Of a stretch of 64,000 bases of DNA, positions 1-11,828 are shown one piece after another. The notes under the pieces are model-generated. The model was not told the origin of the DNA, searched no databases, and worked only from the letters and a program-made list of their open reading frames with translations. Within the stretch, counting starts at the first letter, position 1. Every line of letters begins with the position of its first letter. The stretch is taken from contig OZ024750.1 of NCBI GenBank assembly GCA_964016885.1, forward strand, positions 3,968,001 to 4,032,000, written 5' to 3'. Source of the stretch: Eledone cirrhosa (Eukaryota). Position numbers and translations under genes: made by a program.

Positions 1-383
1 TCTCACCTCTTTCTGTTAAAACCGGCTGTAACTGGCCGCTCATACCTACATTAAGGTATTGTTCTCAAAATAAATAACATCCAAATGTAATAGATTCGAT
101 ATGTGAGATAATTATGTAAGATAAAGCCTTTACTGCAAAAATATAATAGTATATACAGAGTATTGTAAATGTTATGTGAGATAATTATGTAAGATAAAGC
201 CTTTACTGGGAAAATATAATTGTTTCTACTTTTGGCACAAGGCCAGCAATTATCCCAGTGTATTACTGGTACTTTATTTTATCGACCCCGTAAGGATGAA
301 AGGCAAAGTTAAAAGTAATGTAAATGCTAAAGGGTTAAATTTACACCCAAAATACTTACATGTTTGCAGTTCGTTAAATATGG

Positions 384-389
384 TTTATT
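384..389 (-). terminator. Putative polyadenylation signal (AATAAA) of the ODF3-like gene
   Basis: tttatt on + strand, 26 nt downstream of the stop codon. Confidence 0.5.
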
Positions 390-414
390 TTTCAGTATAA
401 AACAAGAAGACGCT

Positions 415-507
415 TTAATCAGACACTTCGGCGACAAAAGGGACTGTGTAGGGGGAATGACGAATACCAAAACTAAAACAAGGTGATGACTGTTTGTGTG
501 CCCATGT
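415..507 (-). CDS. ODF3: ODF3-like terminal exon (TWAHKQSSPCFSFGIRHSPYTVPFVAEVSD*)
   Basis: TTCTATTGTAG acceptor, FGIRHS C-terminal motif, TAA at 417-415. Joined CDS is 762 nt = 253 aa + stop. Confidence 0.9.
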   Translation of the reverse strand, partial: TWAHKQSSPCFSFGIRHSPYTVPFVAEVSD

Positions 508-544
508 CTACAATAGAACAAGTTCGATATTGATAAAGATTTCA

Positions 545-1055
545 ATAACTTAAATAACTATCATTTGAAGGCTGAGATATTTGATACTTACATCCTACCA
601 GTTGTGTTATATGGTCTTGACTGTGTTAATTGGACGTCAAGGTCACTTCAGAAGCTCTCTACATTCCAGAACCACATCATGAGACTTATGACTAGCAAGC
701 GGTTCAGCGACCGTATCTGTATCAGTGAGCTGCTCAACATTAACTTAGACCAATTACATCAATTGTCAAATCAAGAGTACTCAAACGATACGGTCATATA
801 AAAAGATCAACTCGTGGTGTGAGTAGGTTATGTCTGGAAGGAAGGTTGGCTGGTAAGAGAAGCAGAGGCCGGAAGCCAAAACGATGGCTTGACAATGTCA
901 ACTTATGGACTGGACTTGATCTTTGCTCTTTGAACTCTGCTGTTGGTGATCGAACTTTGTGGAGAGAGATATCACATGTTGATGCGCTGTCTGCAACTGG
1001 CGGAGTTTAGCGTCACAAGATGTATGTATGTAATGTATGTATGTATGTATGTATG
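545..1055 (+). mobile_element. 5'-truncated RTE-clade LINE 3' end with (TGTA)n tail, in ODF3 intron
   Basis: Frameshifted translation ILPVVLYG..W....KLSTFQ..MR ... LEG..AGKRSRGR.PKRW.D ... DR..WR, typical of the RTE ORF C-terminus. Confidence 0.8.
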
Positions 1056-1662
1056 TCAGGTCACCAGTTGGTGCTACTGGTAACATGTATCCCAGTACAA
1101 CCTGTCTCATGGTCGGGTCGTTGGCGACTAAACTGGCAACCCCACCAAGGTTTCTTGGTGAGGAGGGTGACTTTGGACATCCTGCAGGACTAAAAACAAA
1201 ACCTGTCAAAGGGCAAAGGAGCTCTTAAGAGTCAATGGCCATCCAAAATCACCAGGAGAGATGACCCCTTAGCCTTTGTCAAGGCAGAATTCTAGGAGAA
1301 GGAAAACTCTAATATAACACCTGCAACCCTGATGGTATCCAATGATGTTGACTTGTTCTTCTTTTTGGTAAATATCATCTTGGTTAAGAGAGTGGGACTG
1401 GCTTTGTGCAGTGCCTTTGCTCACTATAAAAGCTTCACAGCACAGGCATTGCTTTATATCTGGAGATCTCTCTGCACTTGTCGTCACATGGTACCTTGGG
1501 CCCTGCACTATGTGTCAATAATGGTCACAAGTATAGTCTTTGTACCAGAGTTTTCAAGTCGCTGGCTGGACTAAAAAGTCACATTCGTTCAGCGCATCGG
1601 TAGGGGTTCTCCTACATGGATATAAAGTAGTGGCCGTACTCGAAAACGAGTTGGCAGCCACC
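1056..1662 (+). mobile_element. ~600-bp LINE-derived repeat ending in a C2H2 zinc finger and (TATG)n tail
   Basis: Near-identical reverse copy at 19483-19998 and 3' piece at 20610-20730; ends ...CTRVFKSLAGLKSHIRSAHR*. Confidence 0.7.
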
Positions 1663-1830
1663 ATGTATGTATGTATGTATGTATGTATGTATGTATGTAT
1701 GTATGTATCTATGTATGTATGTATGTATGTATGTATGTATGTATGTATGTATATATACGTATGTGTGTATGTATGTATGCAATGTATTTCTTTTACAGCT
1801 GGATGCCCTTCCTAACACCAACCACTTTTA

Positions 1831-2185
1831 CAGTGTGGACTGGGAGCCTTTTCACCGTGTCTCCTACATGGCCACCTTACAGTGTGGACTGGGAGCCTTT
1901 TCACCGTGTCTCCTACATGGCCACCTTATAGTGTGGACTGGGAGCCTTTTCACTGTGTCTCCTACATGGCCACCTTACAGTGTGGACTGGGAGCCTTTTC
2001 ACCGTGTCTCCTACATGGCCACCTTATAGTGTGGACTGAGAGCCTTTTCACCGTGTCTCATACATGGCCACCTTACAGTGTGGACTAGGAGTCTTTTCAT
2101 CGTGTCTCCTACATGGCCACCTTATAGTGTGGACTGGGAGTCTTTTCACCGTGTCTCCTATATGGCCACCTTATAGTGTGGACTG
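1831..2185. repeat. 49-bp minisatellite, ~7 copies
   Basis: Unit cagtgtggactgggagccttttcaccgtgtctcctacatggccacctta. Confidence 0.95.
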
Positions 2186-2198
2186 TTGTGCCATCGAC

Positions 2199-2231
<33 letters not shown>

Positions 2232-2274
2232 TGTATGTATGTATGTATGTATGTATGTATGTATGTATGTATGT

Positions 2275-2525
2275 AGGTCTCAGGAGCCACAGTCGCAGCC
2301 ATGTTCAAAGAGAACCAGTGCACTATGATCTCCACGGTGTTGTGAGGGTTCACGGGCAATGTGATGCGGGACCTCAAGCCAGGGAGATCCATAGTTGTCG
2401 TCAGTGTGAGAAGGAATGCAAGTCTCTAGCAGGCTTGCAAAGCCCTACCGAGCGTCACACATCTGAATCTGACAAGCGATTGCAATACTCTCAGCGTGAG
2501 ATTGCAGCCATCGTGTATGTATGTA
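2275..2525 (+). mobile_element. LINE 3' fragment with C2H2 fingers (CRQCEKECKSLAGLQS...)
   Basis: Finger-like translation and TATG tail; related reverse copy at ~19230-19416. Confidence 0.6.
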
Positions 2526-2565
2526 TGGCTCAAAAATAAACAACAAACAAATGTTATAAACTTAC

Positions 2566-2706
2566 TCTTTCCGGGCAATGGGCTCCTGGGCCTGGTGCTC
2601 GGTACGTGTCATCTGGAATTGGACATTTCGACAGCATACTATATTGCGGCGCTTTCTTTTTGTATACACCGGGATTAGAAATATCGTATGCACAGGGACC
2701 AGGTGA
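2566..2706 (-). CDS. ODF3: ODF3-like coding exon 3 (SPGPCAYDISNPGVYKKKAPQYSMLSKCPIPDDTYRAPGPGAHCPER)
   Basis: TTTGTTTCAG acceptor and AGA|GTAAGT donor; 141 nt, phase 0; PGP, KAPQY and PGPGAH motifs of ODF3. Confidence 0.92.
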
Positions 2707-2976
2707 CTGAAACAAATGAAGAGACTAAAAGATAATACAAACCACATAAAGATGTGAGATTGAATGTTCCAAAGATTGGAATCTGTGCTGAAGAGGGCCC
2801 GTCCCACCCTCGCAAACAGGGAACAGCGGACGTAAAATGATGATGATTATGAAGAGGATGGTGATGATGATGGTGGTGATGATGATGGTGGTGGTGGTGG
2901 CGATGGTGATAATGATGATGATGATGATGGTGGTGGTGATGGTGATAATGATGATGATGATGATGATGTTAATGGC

Positions 2977-3009
<33 letters not shown>

Positions 3010-3359
3010 AAGTTTGACACGTCAAACCAGAACGATAAAGAGTGACAATATCGATGGAACATCGGACAACATGATTTATGGCATAGAGTTACGACCCTTT
3101 ACGATCTGAGTTCAAATCCTGCCGGGGTTAGTTTTTGCCTTTCATCCTTGCGGGCGGGGGGGGGGGGGGGTGCTCGATAAAATAAAGTACCAGTAATGCA
3201 CTGGGGTCGATTTAGTTGACTTTTCTCCTCCTAAGGTGAAGATCATACAATTGAGGAGTGATAGGACTAAGGATGGGGGAACAGTAAATAGATATATGGA
3301 AAAGCATGGATCATCTGACTGTTAAAATGACAAGTCAGTCAATCATATTGGTGGCCACC

Positions 3360-3492
3360 CCCACAACCCCGGCGGACAGAATAGAGAAGGCATTTCCCCG
3401 GAGGACGGCAAGGGAGACGCGCTGGAAAAGCCATTCCAACTCGCGGTGCTCACACCTGCGGCTGGCCAGCTCAGCGCCTATGGTGGTGAGTT
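3360..3492 (-). mobile_element. CRE-like (restriction-like endonuclease) non-LTR retrotransposon 3' fragment
   Basis: Translates LTTIGAELASRRCEHRELEWLFQRVSLAVLRGNAFSIL. Related copies at ~4706-4830(+), 31270-31485(-), 36300-36445(+), 47548-47675(+), 48728-48850(+). Confidence 0.7.
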
Positions 3493-3679
3493 GGGAACAG
3501 GGTTTAAAGGTTTTTTTTTAAACATGTGGGATAATTCAATGTATATTTTATGATGTTTTCTTTTAATGGATTTTCAAAGAGGAAGCTTTTGTTCGTGTTA
3601 TTTGAACAAATCAGTCAGTGAAGAGGAGGTAAATATAGAGAATAAGTGAAGGATACTAAAATGTTGATTACAGTCTTAC

Positions 3680-3804
3680 CTTGGAAAAATCTTCATGGAA
3701 ACTTCCAATAGTTTTTCGTCCTAATAATGTATAAGCCGGTGCCTGTAGTTTTCCACCTTGAACCGTCTTTCCGAGTAATGCCGGGAGAGAATAACTGTTT
3801 GGAG
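3680..3804 (-). CDS. ODF3: ODF3-like coding exon 2 (APNSYSLPALLGKTVQGGKLQAPAYTLLGRKTIGSFHEDFSK)
   Basis: CTCCTGCAG acceptor and AAG|GTAAGA donor; 125 nt, completes the phase-1 codon and stays open. Not in the ORF track. Confidence 0.92.
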
Positions 3805-4194
3805 CTGCAGGAGAAGCACTTAATTAATGAAATTAATAAAAGAGATCTATATGCTAGTTATTAATTAATAAAGATATGTTTTCAAAACAGGTCAATGACA
3901 ATCGGTGAAGTATTTTCTTTACAAACAACATACTTGTATCTTATAACTTTGTATTTATACCATTATACCTGAGCCTTTTACTTTAGATATATTTTCAAAC
4001 TTTACGTTCAGTTTTAGAGTAAATACATCAGGCTGAACTTAATAATGGTTTTCACAAGGCCAGACATTTTTTGGGGAAAGGCAAAGTCGATTAAATCGAC
4101 CCCAGTGCCGTACTGGTAGTTTACTTTATCGACCCCGTAAGGATGAAAGGTAAAGCTAACATCGGCGGGATTTGAACTCAGAACGTAAAAAACC

Positions 4195-4300
4195 GTAACC
4201 CTGTGATGGACTGGCATCCTGTCCAGGGGGAAGTCTTGTACTCTCAGTTGCTTCAGCCACGAAATCCGGATAAGCACTGTCTGATGAGTCGCTGGGGTCG
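4195..4300 (+). mobile_element. Ancient SINE central domain (MetaSINE-like)
   Basis: gtaaccctgtgatggactggcatcctgtccaggggga...gttgcttca...gaaa.ccggataagc resembles the conserved invertebrate SINE domain (from memory); partial copy near 17405. Confidence 0.45.
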
Positions 4301-5356
4301 AGAGAGACTTCAGACTTTTGATAACAAGGTTCAGCATCATACATGTAAAAGTTATGCTTCAAATAAGCCGAGTTCGATTCACAGTCAAAACTAACTAATG
4401 CCATTAGAAAGGGCGTGGACTTAAGTATTCTCACATCCTCTCCTTTATAATTTTGAAGGCAGTCAGGATTGTGTGGAAGAAATCATTATTCTGCAGTTTT
4501 GGGGAAATTCGTTGAAGAAACACACACCTCAGTCTATATGAATTAAAGACCTATTTTCAATTGAACTATTTGAGAGAACAATTGTGATTTTTGCTGCACT
4601 TTCTAGCAGATCTCCTGTGTCAACTAACTTTCCTGCATCATTTCTATAAACAACAATCACAATCCGTTTTGAAACAGATTGCACAACAATTGTTTTTCTT
4701 TCCAGACTACAAGCTGCTCACCACCATCGGCACAGAGTTGGCTACCCGCGGGTGTGAGTCTCGCGAAATGGAATGGCTCTTCCAGCGCGTCTCTGGGGAA
4801 ACGCCTTCTCTATTCTGTCCGCAGGGGCCTCCCGTTTGCTCACAATAGTGAGAGATGGGGGAGAGCGGGAGAGATGGATGTGGTGACAGTGGGAGTTTGG
4901 TTCCTTTATGTTCGGACCTGATGTATATAAGAGAGAATGAGTCTAAAATCTGTTTCTTGTACATTTATAACACGCTGAAATATAAGATAATCATGATAAG
5001 TCGCTTTACAAGTCAAAGTGACTTGTAAAGCAATAGTTAATAATAGGATATAGGAACTTTTAAAAAGGGTGAGAAATAAATCTCCTTGTGGATATGATGC
5101 TAGTGTGAGGGAAATGTATATGTAAGTACTTTATACATGAGCTGATATTCCAATATCTTATTCACACGTCCATTCGACTCAACGATGAAATTTAAGTAGC
5201 TATACACACGACAGTTATAAATGTCTAACCTGCCGAAACAAACTCTAACAAACTAAAATTAGCTGATCTTTAGTTTGGGTTTAAACGTTTCTTTCCAAAA
5301 ATTAAAAGAATTTAAATAAAACAATTAGAAACCACTCTAACAGGAAAGTATTCTAT

Positions 5357-5580
5357 CATATACTAATTTAGTACCTAAAATGACCCATAATCAATAAACT
5401 TCACCATATACTAGTTTTGTACCTAACATGACCCATAATCAATATAGTTCATCATATACTAGTTTTGTACCTAAAATGACCCTTAATCAATAAACTTCAC
5501 CATATACTAGTTTTGTACCTAACATGACCTATAATCAATACAGTTCATCATATACTAGTTTAGTACCTAAAATAACCTAT
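5357..5580. repeat. 48-bp minisatellite, ~4.7 copies, alternating A/B units
   Basis: catatacta recurs at 5357, 5405, 5453, 5501 and 5549. Confidence 0.9.
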
Positions 5581-5915
5581 ACACAATTCAGTTTGTATTT
5601 TTATGAAGCATATCATCATCCCTTATTTCATTTATTTCTAGAAGGGTGATAGTGCACGTCATTTTGACAAGATTTTGACAGAGACCCATGACAAAAAAAA
5701 AGAAAAAAGGTGGGGAAATTTCTTAAGCTTTAATAAGTAATGAGTTACCAGCAAAAACTTCGTTTTCACGTGGTGTTGTCTGTAAGTCAGTTAGGTCAAA
5801 ATATCACTTTCCGAGATTTGAATTACTAATGAAAATAATTGTACTGGAAATGTAATGGTTTCACATAACATAACTGTTGACATACGTCAGTCTATGTTCA
5901 TTGAAATCAATGAAA

Positions 5916-5963
<48 letters not shown>

Positions 5964-5983
5964 TGCAAGAGATATCAACATGA

Positions 5984-6290
<307 letters not shown>

Positions 6291-6847
6291 ATTTATCGTT
6301 GTTGTGGTATATGTATTGCCACTAACTTCGGTCGTTTTTCTTAGTGTCACACTTTTTAACTTTTGTGTTTAATCTGGACGATATCTTATTAACTTCTCGC
6401 TCCTTAGAGTGCTTTGTGATTGCCTCAAACAATTCGATTAGTAACTGCTATATTGCGGCTTCGATTCATACCCCAAAGGATATATATATTGATATCAATG
6501 AAAGTATTTATATAAAGAAAATGCCACAAGCTGCCAGGGCATAATAAAACACTATCTAATACTTAATATATATTTGTAGCTTCATCCTATCCTACGTGAA
6601 TAATTTCTGGTAATAAGTTTTAAAATTTCTGTAACCTGTAGCTTCCAACTAATAATTATCTTCGTTTTAAAGCTATCAAAATGCAAGCATGCTCAAATGC
6701 GCTAAGAAATATATACCTATCAAAATATATATCGTCATCATATTGTGTATATTTTTTCCCTCGTACTTTTCAGTGAGTTAATTAAATCTCACGAAGACGT
6801 CAGGTATGTTTTGTATCTGTTCTGACAATTTAAGACACTTCGGTTAC

Positions 6848-7250
6848 CTGGAGTAGTGTCAAGATGACGATATTTAGGGCGTTGTCCAAAACTATATGTG
6901 GGAGCTGATTCAAATACTGAATTCAAGTTCGGAGCAATAGAGTAGGAACCTGGACCCGGTGTTTGGAACGTTGGATATTCTTTAGGTCGACCATATAGAG
7001 AGAATTGAGGCGTGCCATCTTTGCCGTTCCGAAAAACCTGTAAGTTAGTGAAATTGTACTTGGGTCCTGGGCTACAAGTACTCATCCGGGCTTCGTGTTT
7101 CATACCAAATACATAGCTAGGTGCCTTTTGGTGCGTACTTCGAGTATCGTGTCCATCTTGGCCGATTAAGTTAGGTAACTGGTAGCAAGGTCCTGGACTG
7201 CTGTACATGGCTGCAATGGGACCACGTGGTTTTGTTGGCCTATATGCCAT
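6848..7250 (-). CDS. ODF3: ODF3/CIMAP1-like (SHIPPO-repeat) protein, coding exon 1 (MAYRPTKPRGPIAAMYSSPGPCY...RHLDTTP)
   Basis: PRGPIAA..SPGP.Y.LP N-terminus and repeated PGPxxY motifs typical of ODF3. ATG at 7250; AG acceptor at 7261-7260 implies an upstream non-coding exon; CAG|GTAACC donor after 6848 (403 nt, phase 1). Confidence 0.93.
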
Positions 7251-8324
7251 TTTCCAACTCTAATAAAACGAAAAATAAAACGTTAATTATTTAGTAAAGA
7301 CAATAAATCAAAACAGTCTACGCTTAATAAAAACAGATAAATAGGCTGAGTTATTAGACATTTGAGAAGAACATAGCAACAAATCATTAAATAAGTTAAA
7401 TCATTAACAGATAATTTTGCATGCAAACAAGCAAATTTCAGGAAAAAACTTACCATAATATCGACTGCCATAAGTACTACAAGATATGCTTCAATTATAT
7501 TTTAATACCTTAATTCTTTTTTCAATTATATATTTCAAGTTTGTGATCCGCTCCAAAAGGACGCTATATGAAATTATGCAACAAATATACGATCCATAAA
7601 CATTGGGGTGTCATTCATACCCACGGTATCGTTCAAAAGTTTACCTACCACAAAATATTAAATGTTAATCCAGAATAAGGTAGATAATGTTAATAACTGT
7701 AGTCATAGATACGAAGTAACACTTATAACAAAATGTGAACTTACAATCCCAAATGCAAAGTCCTTGACAACTATTCGTTAATAAGAAGATAGATTATATA
7801 AATGCACATTGATTTATATATGTTTACGAAGGGGTCCAATATTTAGAAAATTAATTCTGGAGGCATTGTTTGCAAAGAAGATAGACTGGCGTGTTTTGTT
7901 ATTTTCTTGTTCCATTCTTCAGTCACATATGAATGTCGAGTGACATTTATCAATAACAAAGTGCGTCTACAGTTTACAATCGTAGACTAAACATCCAACA
8001 GACTGGGAACATATAATAGCTAGGTGAACTGCATCACCAAGAGCTATGTAAGATGGTTATCAGGGCCAAAGGAACTTCGAGGATTACAGAAAACAAAAGT
8101 CAGATCCTTTGGTTAATAAACCAGTAAATTATTGCCTCAGCTTGGTGAGATCTTTAAGTGTTTCATAAAAAACACACATTATTTTCATTTCTTCTTGTAT
8201 AGTTAATTTTTCTTCTTGTATATTTAATAGTTTACCGTAACTTCAAGTGTCACGTCGAAGACGCGTTCTTAAGATGTCATAAGAAAACGAAGAAAGTGTT
8301 ATAGAAAATAACGGAATTATTATT

Positions 8325-8380
8325 GGCGTTCTGTGTCGCGAGAGACTTCCGGTTTAATGTCAGGTTCAGCCATTTGTTTG
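8325..8380. promoter_or_regulatory. Candidate promoter motif cluster
   Basis: TGTCGCGAGA (TCTCGCGAGA-like), ACTTCCGG (ETS) and CAGCCATTT (YY1-like) within ~45 bp of CpG-rich unique sequence, ~1.1 kb upstream of the ODF3 ATG. Confidence 0.4.
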
Positions 8381-8739
8381 CGTCTGAGATCAACTGGTCG
8401 TAGAGTTTGCTGCCTCGAAATTTTTTCCACATATCGTTTCTATTCTTTTTGTTATGAATCAATAAAGATTTATTTTTACAACTTAAAAAGAAAGCAGTCT
8501 GTATTCTTTTTCGCCGTTTTAATTCGACAAATAGATTAGTTTTTTTTCTTTCTCGTGACGACATTCGGAATATAATTTTACGTTCTTTTGTTTAAAGATT
8601 ATGGTAAAAATTTATTGTTTTAATGTTGATAGAAATAGTTAATAACAAACAACAAACACAACAGCAAAAGAGAGGCAAACAACAAGGATTGTTAAGCAAC
8701 GAAAGAAAGGGAGAGGATGACAGATTAATTGTATTCAGA

Positions 8740-9070
8740 TATTTTTTGCTGAAAGGTGGGTAAATGTGGCGAGAATGGCCCGTGTGAGTGGGCCTACTCT
8801 GATCATGCGCCTGTAGGTAGGTGAATTTGAGGAGGAGAGGGGTGCCCTTCCCGGGGGCTCTCGGAGCGTCAGGTCGTTCAGGATTGGTGGGATACCTGAG
8901 TGAACCCTTGCTAGTCATTCCCCCTATTGGGGAATTTTCTTTGTTGTATTTTTATTGTTATTTTGTTATTTTTACTTATATTGTTTACACGTTGTATATG
9001 TAAAGCCCCACTGTCCCAGTCTTTTGTATTGTCCCCTATATGTAGGCCCTTGTGGCCAATAAATGAAACC
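8740..9070 (+). mobile_element. L1/Tx1-like LINE 3' end (ORF end + 3'UTR + AATAAA)
   Basis: FAERWVNVARMARVSGPTLIMRL* then a T-rich UTR ending ttgtcccct...tgtggccaataaa; related 3' ends at 11161-11210 and 29655-29760 (both -). Confidence 0.5.
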
Positions 9071-9541
9071 ATTATTGAGGTGTAGTGTGCATATTGTTAT
9101 TATATGCAAATATATACATGCATGTAGATATGATACATCAAATGAAATCGTAATTGACAATATGCACAGAGATTGAACGAAGACTGTGTTACACTGTCTC
9201 CTGTAATCAGTAAAGTAATCCATGATACATTTAAAGAAGTCGATATTATATATAAACTGTATATATAATAAGCTAAAATGTTATGAAAACAAAAAGTAGA
9301 AAATTAGTGACCTAAATAAACCTTATATAACGATGCAAATATATAAACGTTTATATAAGCAATGTAATAAGTGTTATAATATAACGGACACTAACCGGAA
9401 GTGTTGACGTTTGAACATTTTAAAGAAGTGAATCTTAAAATAAGCAATAGTTTATATATAAGAATATTTATGTTTAATCAAGAGCTACGAAATTTAGTGG
9501 ATAAATTACATAATATTCATTCATTATTTATTCAAAGTATT

Positions 9542-9732
9542 GGGCGGTGGATTGGCAGTATTGGTAGAGGGTTGGACGCCATGCTTTGACGTATAGAGTT
9601 ACGGCCCTTGCCATTCTGAGTTCAAATCCCGCCGAGGTTAACTTTGCCTTTCATCCCTACCGGGTCGATACAATAAAGTACCAGTAATGTACTGGGTATT
9701 TGGTGGCCTTGTGCCAAAAGTAAAAACAATTA
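9542..9732 (+). mobile_element. tRNA-derived SINE, family 1 (representative of >20 full/partial copies)
   Basis: A box TGGCAGTATYGG, B box GAGTTCAAATCC, 3' ggccttgtgcc..aagtagaaac(aatt)n. Other copies near 219, 3075, 4040, 10263, 17490, 21419, 21744, 30333, 30588, 32024, 36591, 46331, 48487, 50327, 52035, 52537, 57085, 59090, 60500, 60657. Confidence 0.92.
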
Positions 9733-9982
9733 TTTATTATGAGGTTGGCTGAAAACTATTTATATATGTGAAGTTGTACGGATTAGACTAACGTATGGCT
9801 ATTTACAAACATAGAGCGAGAAAACCAAAGCAACCGCAAGGTCTAACACCTAAATGTTTGTCCACAAACGAACCATTTTCTTTTGTTCAAGAGTCAACAA
9901 ACAACCCAAATAATATCAAAGTTTATCTTTATCTAGATTTCTTAGAGACACACAAGTGGTTTAACGTATAATGACCGTGAGT

Positions 9983-10010
<28 letters not shown>

Positions 10011-10013
<3 letters not shown>

Positions 10014-10180
10014 AGAGTCAGGACCCCGACGGCTGAGCTCCGACCGTTTCGACAGCTAGGTCTGAACGGCCGGAGCCCAGCCGTCGGGGTCCTGACTCTT
10101 TTTACCCACTCTACTACCCTAAGTATCGAATACTCTGTTGCGTTACGGTTCACCCGGTTCCTTACCATACTTCCTTCGTT
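10011..10180 (+). mobile_element. Family H5 element: fold-back carrying the 3' half of a hammerhead, between (TA)n tracts
   Basis: 10011-10100 is a hairpin; family also at 40208-40345, 49935-49990, 60074-60222, 62030-62137, 63617-63702 and 63808-63930. Confidence 0.7.
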
Positions 10181-10506
10181 ATATATATATATAAGTTTAT
10201 CCCGGGTTCAATCGGGGGTAACCACAGTAAGTAAGGTACTCAATACATAACAGAGTATAAATATTTGTTTCTACTTTTGGCATAAGGCCAACAATTATCC
10301 CAGTGTATTACAGGTACTTTATTTTATCGACCCCGTAAGGATGAAAGGCAAAGTTAACCTCGGCGGGATTTGAACTCAGACCATAAAGGGCCGTAACTCT
10401 TTGCTGCAAAGCATGGCGTCCGACCCTCTACCGATACTGCCAATCTTGAATATAGAAATGGCTTCCACAGGACTAGAACTGTTTTATTCGGGAGAAATCA
10501 TCAGGA

Positions 10507-10559
10507 GGCATTTCCTGATGATTTCTCCCGAATGAAACAGTTCTAGTCCTGTAAAAGCC
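10507..10559 (+). ncRNA. Type I hammerhead ribozyme motif, family H3 (one arm of the 10449-10570 palindrome)
   Basis: CTGATGA-T-TTC-TCCC-GAA-T-GAAACAG-TTCTAGTC-CTGTA; stem I imperfect. The minus-strand arm has a mutated core. Confidence 0.6.
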
Positions 10560-10583
10560 ATTTCTATATTAAATATATATATA

Positions 10584-10623
<40 letters not shown>

Positions 10624-11044
10624 GAATTTTTGTGCTTGATAAAATCAATATACGTTGAATGTAATCGATTTTAGCCCTTAGAAGGGAGTAGCCCAACATG
10701 GCCACAAGTCAATTAGTGAAACACCAGGTAGTAAAACAAGAAAACAAAAATAATATATTTATATATTTGAAATAAAAAAACAAAGAATAGGGAACGGCTT
10801 TGGAAAATATGAAGAAGTGAAGCAGCTGAGAATTGTTGAACTGGTTAGAAATACAGGAAGGAATGTGATAGGGGGGGGGAGGGGGGAGTAAGAGAACGGG
10901 AATAAATGAATGAATGAAAGAAAGGAATAAGGTGAGAGAGAGGAGGGTGGGAAAGAAAGAAAGAAAGAGAGCGAGAGAGGGAGGGGAGATAGAATGAAAG
11001 AAATGTGAGAATAAAAAATATATATATATATATGTGTGTGCGAG

Positions 11045-11101
<57 letters not shown>

Positions 11102-11268
11102 CAGATAGATAGATAGAGAGAGAGAGAGAGAAAGAGGGAGACAGACAGATAGATAGATATATTTCTTTATTAGCCACAGAGGCACAAAAGAAGGGGACAA
11201 ATACAAATACAAAGACAGATAGATAGATAGATAGAGAGAGAAAGAGAGAGAGAGAGGGAGACAGACAA

Positions 11269-11299
<31 letters not shown>

Positions 11300-11337
11300 G
11301 ATAGAGAGAGAGAGAGAGTGTAATATCTTCACTATTC

Positions 11338-11368
<31 letters not shown>

Positions 11369-11421
11369 TGTAATATCTTCACTATTCTAATGAGAGAGAG
11401 AGTGTAATATCTTCACTATTC

Positions 11422-11456
<35 letters not shown>

Positions 11457-11723
11457 TAATATCTTCATTCTAATTACCCTTAATTACAATATCTCGTTAA
11501 CTTTGAAATAGAAAAAGATTTCTAAGTTTCTTTCTTTTTACATCTTTTGTTTTTGTTTTATTTTAGTTTTATTTTCTACTGTTTTGTTGTTCGTTTTTTC
11601 ATTGTTTTTTTAATTTTTATTACGTTGTTGTTGTTGTTGTTGTTGTTACTGTTGTTGCTGTTGTTGTTGTTGTTGTTGTTGTTACTGTTGTTGTTGTTGT
11701 TGTTGTTGTTTGTTGTTTTTCAG

Positions 11724-11818
11724 GTGTAGATTCGACATGTCTAAACAAGAATCTCACTGATATCTCTCGTATTGCCTATCAGACGATATGGGGTCCCCCG
11801 TCTACTTCTACGATGATA
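11724..11818 (+). other. Possible isolated exon
   Basis: Strong acceptor tgttgtttttcag and GTTAGT donor; one frame open throughout (VDSTCLNKNLTDISRIAYQTIWGPPSTSTMI); no recognised homology. Confidence 0.25.
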
Positions 11819-11828
11819 GTTAGTTAGC

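Noticed and set aside
4279-4310. CTGATGAG as a hammerhead core
   Set aside because: No GAAA or stem III; part of a SINE domain.
6789-6847. C-terminal tail of the 153-aa ORF (NRSVLNCQ...)
   Set aside because: Read-through into the intron beyond the donor at 6847.
9542-9635. tRNA genes suggested by A/B boxes
   Set aside because: The boxes are SINE heads followed by a common body and tail; no cloverleaf.
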